A DNA stretch of 64,000 bases, taken from the human T2T-CHM13v2.0 reference genome, Homo sapiens. The notes under the pieces are model-generated. The model was not told the DNA's origin. It was given only the letters and a program-made list of their open reading frames with translations, and ran no database searches. A program made the translations under genes and the position numbers. Position 1 is the first letter of the stretch. Each line of letters starts with the position of its first letter. This document shows positions 1-11,084 of this stretch, in pieces. The DNA lies in assembly GCF_009914755.1 (NCBI RefSeq), contig NC_060931.1, one strand, 5' to 3'.

Positions 1-3000
1 AAGTTGATCTGGTGTCTGGAATGAGACTGGGGCCTAATAAAAAGGAGCGTCTATACAGGAGCTCAAATGGGCTGTACCTTGTAGCATTCTGAGGACAGGT
101 CTGACTTCTGAGAAGGGAAAGTGGTAAAAGTATTGTCCAGTCCTTTTTAAATTGGTGGCTGAGCTTGGTGAGGTGTGTTTTTAAAAGACCTTTAGTCCGT
201 TCGACTTTTCTTGAAGACAGAGGACCGTAAGGGATATAAAGGTTTCACTGAATACTAAGAGCCTGAAAAACTGCTTGGCTGATTTGACTCATAAAGGCTG
301 GTCTGTTATCAGACTGTATAGAGGTGGGAAGGCTAAACTGAGGAATTATGTCTGACAGAAGGGAAGAAAAGACTGTGGTGGCCTTCTCAGACCCTGTAGG
401 AAAGGCCTCTACCTATCCAGTGAAAGTGTCTACCTAGACTAAGAGGTATTTTAGTTATCTGACTCGGGCCATGTTGAGTAAAGCTAATTTGCCAGTCCTG
501 GGTGGGGGCAAATCCTCGAGCTTGATGTGTAGGGAAGGGAGGGGGCCTGAATAATCCCTGAGGGGTAGTAGAATAGCAGATGGAACACTGAGAAGTTATT
601 TCCTTGAGGATAGATTTCCATGATGGAAAGGAAATGAGAGGTTCTAAGAGGCAGGCTAGTGTCTTGTACTATAGCATAGCCTGCCTTTGCTGCTGTGTGG
701 CAATTAGGCCTGGTGGAACTGCCATCAATAAATCAAGCGTGATCAGGGTCAAGAACCGGAAAGAAAGAAATATGGGGAAATGGGGTGAATGTCAGGTGGA
801 TCAGATACAGTCATAAGGGTCAGGTGTGGTATCTAGAATAATGTGGGAGGCCAGATTGAAGTCCGGACCAGGAACAATGGTAATTGTGGGACTTAACAAA
901 GAGTGAGTACAGCTGAAGGAGCCGGGGAGCAGAAAGTATATGCGTCAGGTATGAGGAAGAAAATAGATTTTGGAAGTTATGAGAAATGTAGCGAGTGAGT
1001 TGAGCATGGTTTGTGATTTTTAGGGCCTCTAAAATATTAAAGCAGCGGCAGCTGCTGCATGCAGACATGAGGGCTAGGCTAAAACAGTAAGGTCAAGTTG
1101 TTTGGAGAGAAAGGCTACAGGGTGCTGTCCTGGCTCTTGTGTAACAATTCTGACCACACTAACTATGCTTAGGAAGGAAAGGAGTTGTTGTTTTGTAAGG
1201 GATTGAGGTTTGGGAGATTAATCAGACATGATCAGCAGGGAGAGCACGTGTGTTTTTATGAGAATTATGCCAAGATACGTAACAGATGAGGATGAAATTT
1301 GGGCTTGACTGAAGTAATGGGGGCTATCTGCGAAGCCTTGTGGCAGTACAGCCTAGGTAATTTGCTGAGCCTAATGGGTGTCAGGGTTAGTCTAAGTGAA
1401 AGCGAAGAGAGGCTGGGATGAAGGGTGCAGTAAGGAAAGCATGTTTGAGATCTAGAACAGAATAATGGGTTGTAGAGGGAGGTATTGAGGATAGGAGAGT
1501 ATACGGATTTGGCACTATGGGGTGGATAGGCAAAACAATTTGGTTGATAAGGCGCAGATTCTGAACTAACCTGTAAGCCTTGTCTGGTTTTAGGACAGGT
1601 AAAATGGGGGAATGGTAGGAAGAGTTTATAGGCTTTAAAAGGTCATGCTGTAACAGGCGAGCGATAACAGACTTTAATCCTTTTAAAGTGTGCTGTGGGA
1701 TGGGATATTGGCATTGAGCGGGTTAAGAGTGATTAGGTTTTAATGGGATGGTAAGGGGTGCATGATCGGTTGCTAAGGAGGGAGTAGAGGTGTCTTATAC
1801 TTGTGGGTTAAGGTGGGGAGATACAAGGGGAGGATGTGAAGGAAGCTTTGAACTGGGGGAAAAGGCGGCAATGAGGTGTGGCTGTAGCCTAGGAACAGTC
1901 AGGGAAGCAGATAATTTAGTTAAAGTGTCTCGGCCTAATAAGGGAACCGGGCAGGTGGGGATAACTAAAAAGGAGTGCTTAAAAGAGTATTGTCTAAGTT
2001 GGCACCAGAGTTGGGGAGTTTTAAGAGGTTTAGAAGCCTGGCCGTCAATACGCACAACAGTTATGGAAGCAAGGGAGATAGGCCCTTGAAAATAAGGTAA
2101 TGTGGAGTGAGTAGCCTCCATATTAAGAAGGGGATGGACTTACTTTCTACTGTGAGAGTTACTTAGAGTGTCTGTGATGGTCCTGTAGGCTTCTGAGGTG
2201 ATCAGGCAGTGTCAGTCTTCAGTTGCTAAGCAGAGAAGATCTGGGAAGGAGTCAGTCAGAGAGCCTTGGGCCAGAGTTCTAGGGGCTCTGGAAGTGGCTG
2301 CCAGGTGAGTTGAACAGTCCAGTTTTCATTGGGGTCCTGCACAGATGGGACACGGCTTAGGAGGAATCCTGGGCTGTGGGCATTCCTGGGCCTAGTGGCC
2401 AGATTTCCAGCACCTGTAGCAAGCTCCTGGGGGAGGAGGTTCTGGAGGAAACTTCGGCAGCTGCGGTTCAGGTGTTTGGAATTCTTGTGTGCTGGAGATG
2501 TGGCTGGGGTTTGTCTCACAGTGGAGGCAAAGAATTGCAACTCAGAAATATGTTGCTACTTGGCTGCCTCTACTCTATTATTGTACACCTTGAAGGCAAG
2601 GTTAATTAAGTCCTGTTGTGGGGTTTGAGGGCTGGAGTTTAATTTTTGGAGTTTTATTTAATGTCAGGAGCGGACTGGGTAATAAAATGTATATTGAGAA
2701 TAAGACGGCCTTTTGACCTTTTAGGGTCTAGGGCTGTAAAGCGTCTCAGGGTTGCTGCCGAACAAGCCATGAACTGGGCTGGGTTTTTCATATTTGATGA
2801 AAGAGCCTAAATGCTTTCTGATTTGGGAGAGATCTCATAAAGAAAAAGGAGCATTAACATTGACTATGCCTTTAGCTTCAGCCACCTTTTTAAGAGGAAA
2901 TTGCTGGGCAGGTGGGGGAGGGCTACTCACGGAATGAAACTGTAAACTGGACCAGGTGTGAGGAGGGAAGGTGATAAAAAGATTATAGGGTGGAGCGGAG

Positions 3001-3544
3001 GCTGAGGAAGAATTGGGACCTAGCTCTGCCTGGCGAGGAGCAGTCTGGGGAGGAGGGGAGAGGTCAGATGGGTCTGTAGAAAAGGAAGATTGGAAAGACT
3101 CAGTGACGCTTGGCATTGGGTCTGAGGGGACAGGCAGGAGGGAAAGAAGGAAGATTTGGGACCAGTTGCACTGGGCACAGAGACTAGGGAGGGACTGATG
3201 TGTGAAAGAATGCCTGGATGTCAGGCACCTCAGACCATTTGCCTATTTTTTGACAGAAATTATTTAGGTCTTGTAGGATGGAGAAATCAAAAGTGCCATT
3301 TTCTGGCCATTTAGAACTACTGTCGGGTTTGTATTGGGGTCAAGCAGCATTGTAGAAGAAAATAAGTCATTTAGGTTTTAGGTCAGGTGAGAGTTGAAGA
3401 GGTTTTATGTTCTTAAGAACACAGGCTAAGGGAGAAGAAGGAGGAATGGAGGGTGGAAGGTTGCCTATAGTGAAGGAGGCAAGTTTAAAGAAAAGGGAGA
3501 GTAGAGACCCAGAGGGAAGCAGTTCAGGGGTTCTTACTTTTCAG

Positions 3545-3890
3545 AAAAGCGGGAAAGGGGTCAGAGCGCAGAGATAAGAAGTCAGGGCACGGAAATAAGG
3601 GATCAGGGTGAAGAGATATAAGAGGTTGGGACGCGGAAATAAGGGATCGGGGCGCAGAGATATAAGAGGTTGGAGTGTGGAAATAAGGGATCGGGATGCA
3701 GAGATACGAGGTTGGGGTACTTGCCCCTCCCCCAGAAAAGTGGGACTTGCCACTAAGGGTGAAAGAGAAGGGGTTGGGGGTTTCTTGCCCCCTAGAAAGG
3801 TGGAGAAGGGGTAGAGACATGGAGAGAAGGGGTTGGGGTACTTGCCCCTCCCCCAGAAAAGCGGGACTTGCTGCTAAGGGTGAAAGACCA
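3545..3890 (-). repeat. HERV-H leader tandem repeats
   Basis: Several ~43-bp units (gcgcagagatataagaggttgg...ggaaataagggatc) at about 3565-3715, plus a duplicated block ggttggggtacttgcccctcccc...gggacttgc...taagggtgaaag at about 3710 and 3831. Confidence 0.85.
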
Positions 3891-4304
3891 AGGCAGGCGT
3901 CCCTGCGTGGTCTGACACCTCTGAAACCTGGGCGAATAATCAGAGAGGCATCCCTGCAATGATTAAACACCAAGGGAAGGCTGCCTTCCCTAGTCCGTGA
4001 CCAGTGCCGGAGTTTTAGGTCCATGGATAAAATGTGTCTCCTTTGTCTCTACCAGAAAATGAAAGAAATTGAAATTAAGAGAAGGGAGAGATTGAAGTGT
4101 GGTGCCAAGATTGAAAGGAGAAAGAGGCTGAGGGATAGTGAGGGAGGCTGGAGAAGAGAGTAAAAAGAGGCTGCTTACTGGATTTGAAATTGGTGAGATG
4201 TTTCTTGGGCTGGTCGGTCTGAGGACTTGAGGTCGTAGGTGGACCTTTCTCACGGAGCAAAGAGCAGGAGGACAGGGGATTGATCTCCCAAGGAAGGTCC
4301 CCCA

Positions 4305-4322
4305 ATCCGAGTCATGGCACCA
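4305..4322 (-). promoter_or_regulatory. Primer binding site, tRNA-His
   Basis: Minus strand reads TGGTGCCATGACTCGGAT, a 17/18 match to the canonical HERV-H PBS TGGTGCCGTGACTCGGAT, just inside the LTR end. Confidence 0.93.
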
Positions 4323-4324
4323 AA

Positions 4325-4734
4325 TTTCATGCGCGTCCGTGTGAAGAGACCACCAAACAGGCTTTGTGTGAGCAATAAAGCTTTTAATCACCTGGGTGCA
4401 GGCGGGCTGAGTCCAAAAAGAGAGTCAGCAAACAGAGATAAGGGTGGGGCCGTTTTATAGGATTTGGGTAGATAAAGGAAAATTACAGTCAAAGGGGGGT
4501 TGTCCTCTGGTGGGCAGAGTGGGGGTCACAAGGTGCTCAGTAGGGGAGCTTTTGAGCCAGGATGAGCCAGGAGAAGGAATTTCACAAGACAATGTCATCA
4601 GTTAAGGCAGGAACAGGCCATTTTCACTTCTTTTGTGGTGCAATGTCATCAGTTATGGCAGGAACTGGCCATCTGGATGTGTAAGTGCAGGTCACAGGGG
4701 TATGATGGCTTAGCTTAGGCTCAGAGGCCTGACA
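4325..4734 (-). mobile_element. LTR7, the 5' LTR of HERV-H (410 bp)
   Basis: Starts TGTCAGGCCTCTGAGC at 4734 and ends CGCGCATGAAA at 4325. TATAAAA at 4459-4453, ATTAAA at 4388-4383, two copies of the aactgatgacatt repeat and an ACAAAAG SOX-type site near 4630. Confidence 0.95.
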
Positions 4735-4929
4735 GTGCCATCTGTTAAAATAAAACTGACACTGTTATGCAATGACCTTCTTAAAGATGAAGGTCTCTTA
4801 AGTCTCAGTATTTTTATTTTATGCTTACTAAAAGCGCCTCCTTAGACTTATTTAGGCAAAGATTTCCAATACATGTCTTTCTTGTATTTACATTAAAAGG
4901 AAAATAAACCATATAAGACATTCCCAATA

Positions 4930-7596
4930 CAATTGACCTTTGAACAACATCTCGCAAAGTCAAAAAATCTGTATATAACTTTTGACTCCTCAAAACCTTA
5001 AGTACTAATAGCCTACTGTTGACTGGAGACCTTACTGATAACATGAACAGTAAATTAACACATATTTTGTATGTTATATGTATTATATAATGTATACTTA
5101 CAATACAGTAAGCTAGAGAAAAAATGTTAAGAAAATCATAAGGAAGAAAACATATATTTTTATTCACTGTGTGGAACTGGATCATCAAGAGGTCTCCATC
5201 CTTATCATCTTCACATTGAGTAGGGTGAGAAGGAAGGGGAAGACTTGGTCTTGCACAGACAGGAGTGGCAGAGGCAGAAGAGATGGAGGAGGTGGAAAAG
5301 AAACAGGAGAGGCAGGCAAACTTAGTATAACTTTTGGAAATACATTTTCATTCTTGTCTGACTTTTTTGCTTTTTCATTTCTTTAAAAATATTTCTATAT
5401 GGTACCAATCCTTCTTCCACCATTTGCTTTAGTTTCAGTGCCCATATCATAGAAGGGCCCATGTCTTAGAAAGAAGTCAAGGCTGTCTTGAATCACTGAA
5501 ACTTCTCCCAGATTGTCTTGTTTTCTAGCATGGTTTCTTCTACAATTTCTTCCTCGTCATCTGGCACTGGTTTAGAAACACTTATCTCCTTCAATTCATC
5601 TTCTGTTAACTCCTATGGTGTGGTGTCTATTAGCTTTTGAATTTTTCCAGGATCTGTATCTTAAAATCTTGCACTTCTCACCTTTTTTTTTTTTTTTTTT
5701 TGGCCATATCCACAATCTCTTTCATGATTTCCTTAATTCGATCTGTCATAAATCTTATGAAGTCATGCAGAACATCTAGACACAGTTTCCTCCAGCAAGA
5801 AATTATGGTTTGGGGCTTGATGGCTTTCACAGCTTTTTCTGTAACGATGATGGCATCCTCAGTGATGTAATCCTTCCGGATGTTCAAGACGTTCTCTTTA
5901 TTGGGGTCTCTTCCATAGCACTGACAATCCTTTCCATAGAATAGTCCTTGTAATGGGCCTTAAAGGTCCTTATGACTCTCTAATCTGGACTAAGGCTAAA
6001 TTATATGTGTTTGGGGACAAGCATATCACATTGATGTCTTCAGTGTTTAACTCATGGATTTCTCGGTCACCAGGGTTATTGTCCAATATCATAAGAACTT
6101 TAAAAGCACCCCCTCACTGGCAAGGTACTTCCTGATTTCAGAGACAAAGCATTGGTGGAACCAATCCAGAAAAAAAGGTTCTTGTTGTCCAGGCCTTCTT
6201 GTTGTACAACCAAAAGACTAGCAGCTGGTGTTTATCTTTTCCCTTCAAGGCTCAGGGGTTAGCAGCTTTATATATAAAAGTAGTCTGGATTATAAACTTG
6301 ACTACCTTTGTGCAAAACAGTAGAGTTAGCCTGTTCCTGCCTTAAATCTTGGTGCTCACTTCACTTGCTTACTAATAAACGTCCTTAGTGACATGTTTTT
6401 TTCTAGACTAGGGCACACTTTCATCTTCATTAAAACCTCTTCAGGCAGATATATTTTCCCCTTAATCATTTTCTTAATAGTGTCTGGAAACTCATGTATT
6501 GCCTCTTGGTCAGCAGAAGCTGCTTCTGTTATCTTGACATTTTTATTAAAAGCATCAAACCATCCTTTGCTGGCACTAAATTCTCCAGCTTTAGATCTTT
6601 CACCTTCTTTTTGCTTCAAGTGGTCATATAATGACTTTGCTTTTTCTCGAATCATATTAGAGTCTATAGGTATGCCTTTCCTATAGAAATCCTGGACCCA
6701 CATAAGAGCTGCATTTTCAATGCAAGATAAAAAGGTATTTTTCAAAAAATGCATGATTTTCGTGCCTGCTGACATAGCTGCAGTGACTACTTTATGAATT
6801 TCTGTTTCCTTTTTTTACAATATTCCTTACAATGGATTTGTTTATCTTGAAATAGCAAGAAATGGCATCTGCAGACCTCAATCTAAAGTACATATCAAGC
6901 AATTCAACGTTTTTTGTAATGTCATCCTTTTCTCTTTTTCTTGGGAGCACTTCCAGCATCACTAGCAGCACTTAATATGGGTCCCATGGTGTCATTAAAG
7001 ATTTATAATATTGCACAAAACATGATGAAAATGCACAAGAACTGTGAGGGACAATTTTTTAATGTGATGTGCAGTTTGCTGGAGAGATGAATGGCTCACA
7101 TGGAGATGATTAGCATCACATGGCATTTTAAGCAGATACTACCAAAACTGGAGATCACTGCCATAGCAACAGGAGATGGCTATGAAATTATTATAACATT
7201 ACAGTATGCCTACAGTTAATTTTATGAAGTTACGATTTAATACTGCATCTTGACTTTTTTTTTTTCATTTCTCTTGACTGCAAATGGTACCATGTATGTA
7301 TGATCTGTAAGGGATGTGTGTAAGTTTTGATAAATTTTAACTATTTATGATAGAGCTGTGCATATTTTATGGGAGTAAGTGATAAAAATAGACCTGTGTC
7401 TACATGTATTTGATGCATTTATGACATACATAACTTTTTCTGAATATTTTCTAGATTTCTAGACTAAACAGTTTGCATGTTTTTTTTTTTTACAAATTGT
7501 TACAAATCTCCAAAAATTTTCCAATGTGTTTATTTAAAAAATACACAAATAAGTAGACCCATGTAGTTCAAATTCATGTTGTTCAAGGGTCAACTA
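4930..7596 (-). mobile_element. Tigger2 DNA transposon (TcMar-Tigger), near full length
   Basis: Terminal inverted repeats caattgacctttgaacaaca (4930-4949) and tgttgttcaagggtcaacta (7577-7596), TA dinucleotides at 4928-4929 and 7597-7598, length about 2.67 kb, with transposase remnants inside. Confidence 0.9.
5560..6960 (-). pseudogene. Disrupted Tigger2 (pogo/CENP-B-like) transposase
   Basis: 6356-6775 encodes IENAALMWVQD...IREKAKSLYDHLK...FSASKGWFDAF, a CENP-B-type HTH. 5678-5887 encodes a C-terminal piece AVKAIKPQTIISCWRKL. The pieces are separated by frameshifts or stops and the outer bounds are approximate. Confidence 0.8.
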
Positions 7597-7785
7597 TAGT
7601 ATTTTACACTCAAAGTTTAACTATACTAGGTCACTTTTTGGCCCAGTGTCATTGATACTCATGTTGTTCTGCATATAATGTCCTCTGTTCCATCAACAGC
7701 ATCAAGGCTGAAACGTTTCTAAGGAAGGATCTAAGATTTTCTTCCAAGCCAATGACATTTCTGTCTTACTTTTGATGATGTCATA

Positions 7786-8130
7786 TGATATGGTTTCACT
7801 GTGTCCCCACCAAAATCTCATCTTGAAATCCCACGTGTTGTGGGAGGTACCCGATGGGACATAATTGAATCATGGTGTTGATAGGTCTTTCTCGTGCTGT
7901 TCTTATGATAGTGAATGTCTCACATGACCTGATGGTTTTAAAAAGGAGAGTTTCCCTGCACAAGCTCTCTTCTCTTGTCTGCCACCATGTGAGACATGCC
8001 TTTCATCTTCCGCCATGATTGTGAGGCCTCTTCAGCCACGTGGAACTTTAAATCCATTAAACCTCTTTCTTTTGTAAATTGCCCAGTCTCAGATATGTCT
8101 TTATCAGCAGCATGAAAATGAACTAATACA
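7786..8130 (+). mobile_element. THE1A-type 5' LTR (ERVL-MaLR)
   Basis: Starts tgatatggtttcactgtgtccccaccaaaatctcatcttgaa and ends gcagcatgaaaatgaactaataca, 345 bp. Confidence 0.9.
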
Positions 8131-9312
8131 GTAAATTGGTACCGAGAATGGGGTGCTGCTGAAAAGATACCCAAAAATGTGGAAGCAACTTTGGAACTAA
8201 GTAACAAGCAGAGGCTGGAACAGTTTGGAGGGCTCAAAATAAGAAAGGAAAATGTGGGAAATTTTGGAACTTCCTAGGGACTTGTTGAATGGCTTTGCCC
8301 AAAATGCTGATAGCAATATGGACAATAAAGTCCAGGCTGAGGTGGCCTTGGATGGAAATGGGGAACTTGTTGGGTACTACAGCAAAGGTGACTCTTGTTA
8401 TATTTTTGCGAAGAGACTGGTGGGATTTTGTCCCTGCCCTAGAGATTTGTGGAACTTTGAATTTGAGAGAGATGATTTAGGGTGTCTGGCGGAAAAAAAT
8501 TTCTAAGCAGCAAAGCATGCAAGATGGGACTTGGGTGCTGTTAAAGGCATTCAGTTTTATAAGGGAAACAGAGCACAAAAGTTTGGAAATTTGCAGCCTG
8601 AAAATGTAATAGAAAAGAAAATTCTATTTGCTGAGGAGAAATTCAAGCCAGCTGCAGAAATTTGCATAAGTAATGAGGAGCCGAATGTTAATCCCCAAGA
8701 CAATGGAGAAAATGTCTCCAGGGCATGTCAGAGGTCTTTACAGCAGCCCCTCCAATCACTGGTCCAGAGGCCTAGGAGGACAAAATGGTTTCATGGGCCA
8801 GGCCCAGCATTCCTATGCTGTGTACAGCCTAGTGACTTGGTGCCCTATGTCCCAGCAGCTCCAGCCATGGGTGAACGAGGCCAACATAGAGTTCAGGCTG
8901 TGGCTTCAGAGGGTGCAAGCCCCAAGCCTTGGAAGCTTCTATATGGTGCTGTATCTGCCAGTGCACAGAAGTCAAGAACTGGGGTTCGGGAACCCCTGCC
9001 TAGATTTCAGAAGATGTATGGAAATGCCTAGATTCGCAGGCAGAAGTTTGCTGCAGAGGCGGGGCCCTCATGGAGAACCTCTGCTAGGGCAATGCAGAAG
9101 GGAAAGGTGGGGTCAGAGCCCCCACACAGAGTCCCTATTGGGGCACTTCTTAGTGGAGCTGTGAGAAGAGGGCCACTGTCCTCCAGACCCCAGAATGGTA
9201 GACCTACTGAAAGCTTGCACCTTGTGCCTGGAAAAGCTGCAGACACTCAACACCAGCCCATGAAAGCAGCTGGGAAAGTGGCTGTACCCTGCAAAGCCAC
9301 AAGGGGTAGCTG
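8131..9312 (+). mobile_element. THE1 internal region, abruptly 3'-truncated with no 3' LTR
   Basis: Begins gtaaattggtacc...gctgaaaagatacc and follows typical THE1-int sequence through gtaccctgcaaagccac...agctg, then changes to unrelated sequence. Confidence 0.9.
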
Positions 9313-9325
9313 TCAAATATAGAGG

Positions 9326-9527
9326 TAAGTTGGTGCACACTATCCCACCTACTTCTGACCCTCCACGTATTATCTGTGTTAAAAGTTCCTCCAACAGGAA
9401 TCCATTCCTTTGGATTCAAATCCTCTATTAAAATGCTAGTCCCCAGAATAAAAGCTAACTATTAGCAAAACATTATCATAGCAATGTTTTCCATTTTTTG
9501 TTTAGAACTTATTTTTAATAAATTAAG
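9326..9527. repeat. Composite locally templated insertion between 15-bp direct repeats
   Basis: 9328-9470 equals 11495-11637 (143 bp, 2 mismatches). 9471-9525 is the exact reverse complement of 11203-11257 (55 bp). tgtcaaatatagagg occurs at 9311-9325 and 9528-9542. Confidence 0.95.
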
Positions 9528-9821
9528 TGTCAAATATAGAGGCTCCCACCCCAGTCTTCCAGCATCCTTTCCTCACTGGGCTCTCAGAATGCTGACTCTA
9601 GAATCCCACGTAGGCCACTAGGAGATTCTTCTCTGAAGAATCTGTCCAGCTTAAGAGAGAAGACTAAAGATTCTGTTGTGAAGATTGTATTGTGAAGGAT
9701 TTCTGAAAAATTTGTGCAGCACACTCTACTGTAGAGGTCAATATCAGCAAACCTGTATGTGCTCAGAGTTTCCAACTATACTTTTAGTCTCCCAGTCTTA
9801 AGGTAACCAAATCATACTGGT

Positions 9822-10022
9822 AACATTGCCAGATTTAGCAAATAAAAATACAGGATGATCAAATTTGAATTTTGAATAAACAATGATTTTTTTTGTATAA
9901 GTAGATGTCATACTTATTTGAGACCTATTTACTCTAAAAAAAAAGTACATATTTATCTGAAACTTAAATTCAAACAGGCATTTTATTTCCATATAAAATG
10001 TATCCATTTTATCTGGAAACAT
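9822..10022. mobile_element. MER53 palindromic hAT-like MITE
   Basis: ttgccagatttagcaaataaaaatacaggatg...aaatttgaatttt at the left, with mirrored atttatctgaaacttaaattcaaac...atttt atctggaaac at the right. Confidence 0.75.
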
Positions 10023-10572
10023 TACATAGAGATTATCCAAGAAAATACTATAACATGGAAGGGAGACAGTATAACCAAAAGAAAAATGAAACAATAATAT
10101 CAAAATCCTGACAGAAAATTATTACCAATCTAGTGGTCTAAACTCACTGAAATATCAACTGGGAATGAGAACAGAATGTTTTCAGTTTCCATCAGGTCAT
10201 CAAAATGTTAATGGCAGATCTCTCAAGATACTAATGTTTCAAATGGCTTAATAAGATTTTGACATAGAAAGTCAAAAACAAACTCTGTTTGTTTCTTTCT
10301 GTGTGAATCAGTGTTCATATGATATGCATATAATTAGAAAAATCAATAAAGCTCTTTTCATTTTGAATAAAAACTCCTATACACAAAAAGTCATTAAATG
10401 AAATTATGTAGGTAGCTTTATTTTTCCAAATTGTTATTAAATTGTATTCCTACACATTTATTTTTTTCTAGTTAAAGTTAATACCCAGTATATTGTGTGC
10501 TGCATGAGTTCAAACCCCATTCGTAATCAAAATCTGTATTATTTTTCTGAGTCTCAAGAGCCTTTTTTGGAC

Positions 10573-10643
10573 TTCCATCCAAATACTAACCAGGCCTGAC
10601 CCAGCTTAGCTTTCAAGATCAGGTACATTTGGGGTGGTAGGCC
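10573..10643 (-). pseudogene. 5S rRNA retro-pseudogene fragment (5' two-thirds, with an internal deletion)
   Basis: ccatccaaatactaaccaggcctgacccagcttagctttcaagatcag...ggggtggtaggcc matches the reverse complement of 5S rRNA. Flanked by tgtattatttttctg (10535-10549) and tgtattgtttttctg (10646-10660). Confidence 0.85.
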
Positions 10644-10645
10644 CA

Positions 10646-11084
10646 TGTATTGTTTTTCTGTTGTAGCTGTAACAAACTACCACAAATTCAGTGGCTTAAA
10701 ACAATACAAATGCATCATCTTAAAAATCTGGAGGTCAGAAAGCTAACAGGTCTCACTGGTTTAAAATAAAGATGTCGGCAGGACTACTCTAGGGATGATC
10801 CATTGTTTTGTCTTTTTCAGTTGGTAGAGGCAGTCTCTATGTGTTGTATTGTGGCGCCTTCTTCCATCTCTGTGACATTCTTCCCTTGATTCTCTCTTTA
10901 TCCAGAAGGTTCTTTGAAGGATTCATGACATTAGATTGGGCCTACCTGGATAATCCAGAATAATCTCTGGATCTCAAGGTCCTCAAGATTAACTCCCATC
11001 TTCAAAGTCCCTTTATTCATGTATGGTAACAGATGCCAGGAATTAGAACAGGGATACTTGGGTGGCCATCATTCTGCCTACCAT
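10646..11084 (-). mobile_element. MLT1 (MLT1D-like) solo LTR
   Basis: gctgtaacaaactaccacaaattcagtggcttaaaacaa...ggaggtcagaa at one end and gggtggccatcattctgcctacca at the other. Confidence 0.8.

Larger units (their letters stand above)
1..4324 (-). mobile_element. HERV-H provirus internal region (leader, gag, pro, pol), decayed; continues past the left edge
   Basis: Minus-strand remnants: gag MA/CA-junction-like PPPPAQQFPLKKVAEAKGIVNVNAPFSL (2835-3116), protease motif FLVIPTCPVPLLGRD (1795-2121) and RNase H-like FIDGSS near 715-737. It abuts a His PBS and LTR7. Frames carry many stops and frameshifts. Confidence 0.95.

Noticed and set aside
3545-3720. Regularly spaced repeats that could suggest a CRISPR-like array
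   Set aside because: The units are contiguous with no unique spacers and belong to the HERV-H leader in a primate genome.
3524-4391. ORFs of 133-166 aa in the HERV-H leader
   Set aside because: They are low-complexity products of leader repeats and LTR sequence with no recognisable domain.
8252-9322. ORFs of 160+ aa (8531-9031, 8673-9164)
   Set aside because: They lie inside THE1-int and are remnants of the MaLR internal ORF or alternative frames, not a cellular gene.
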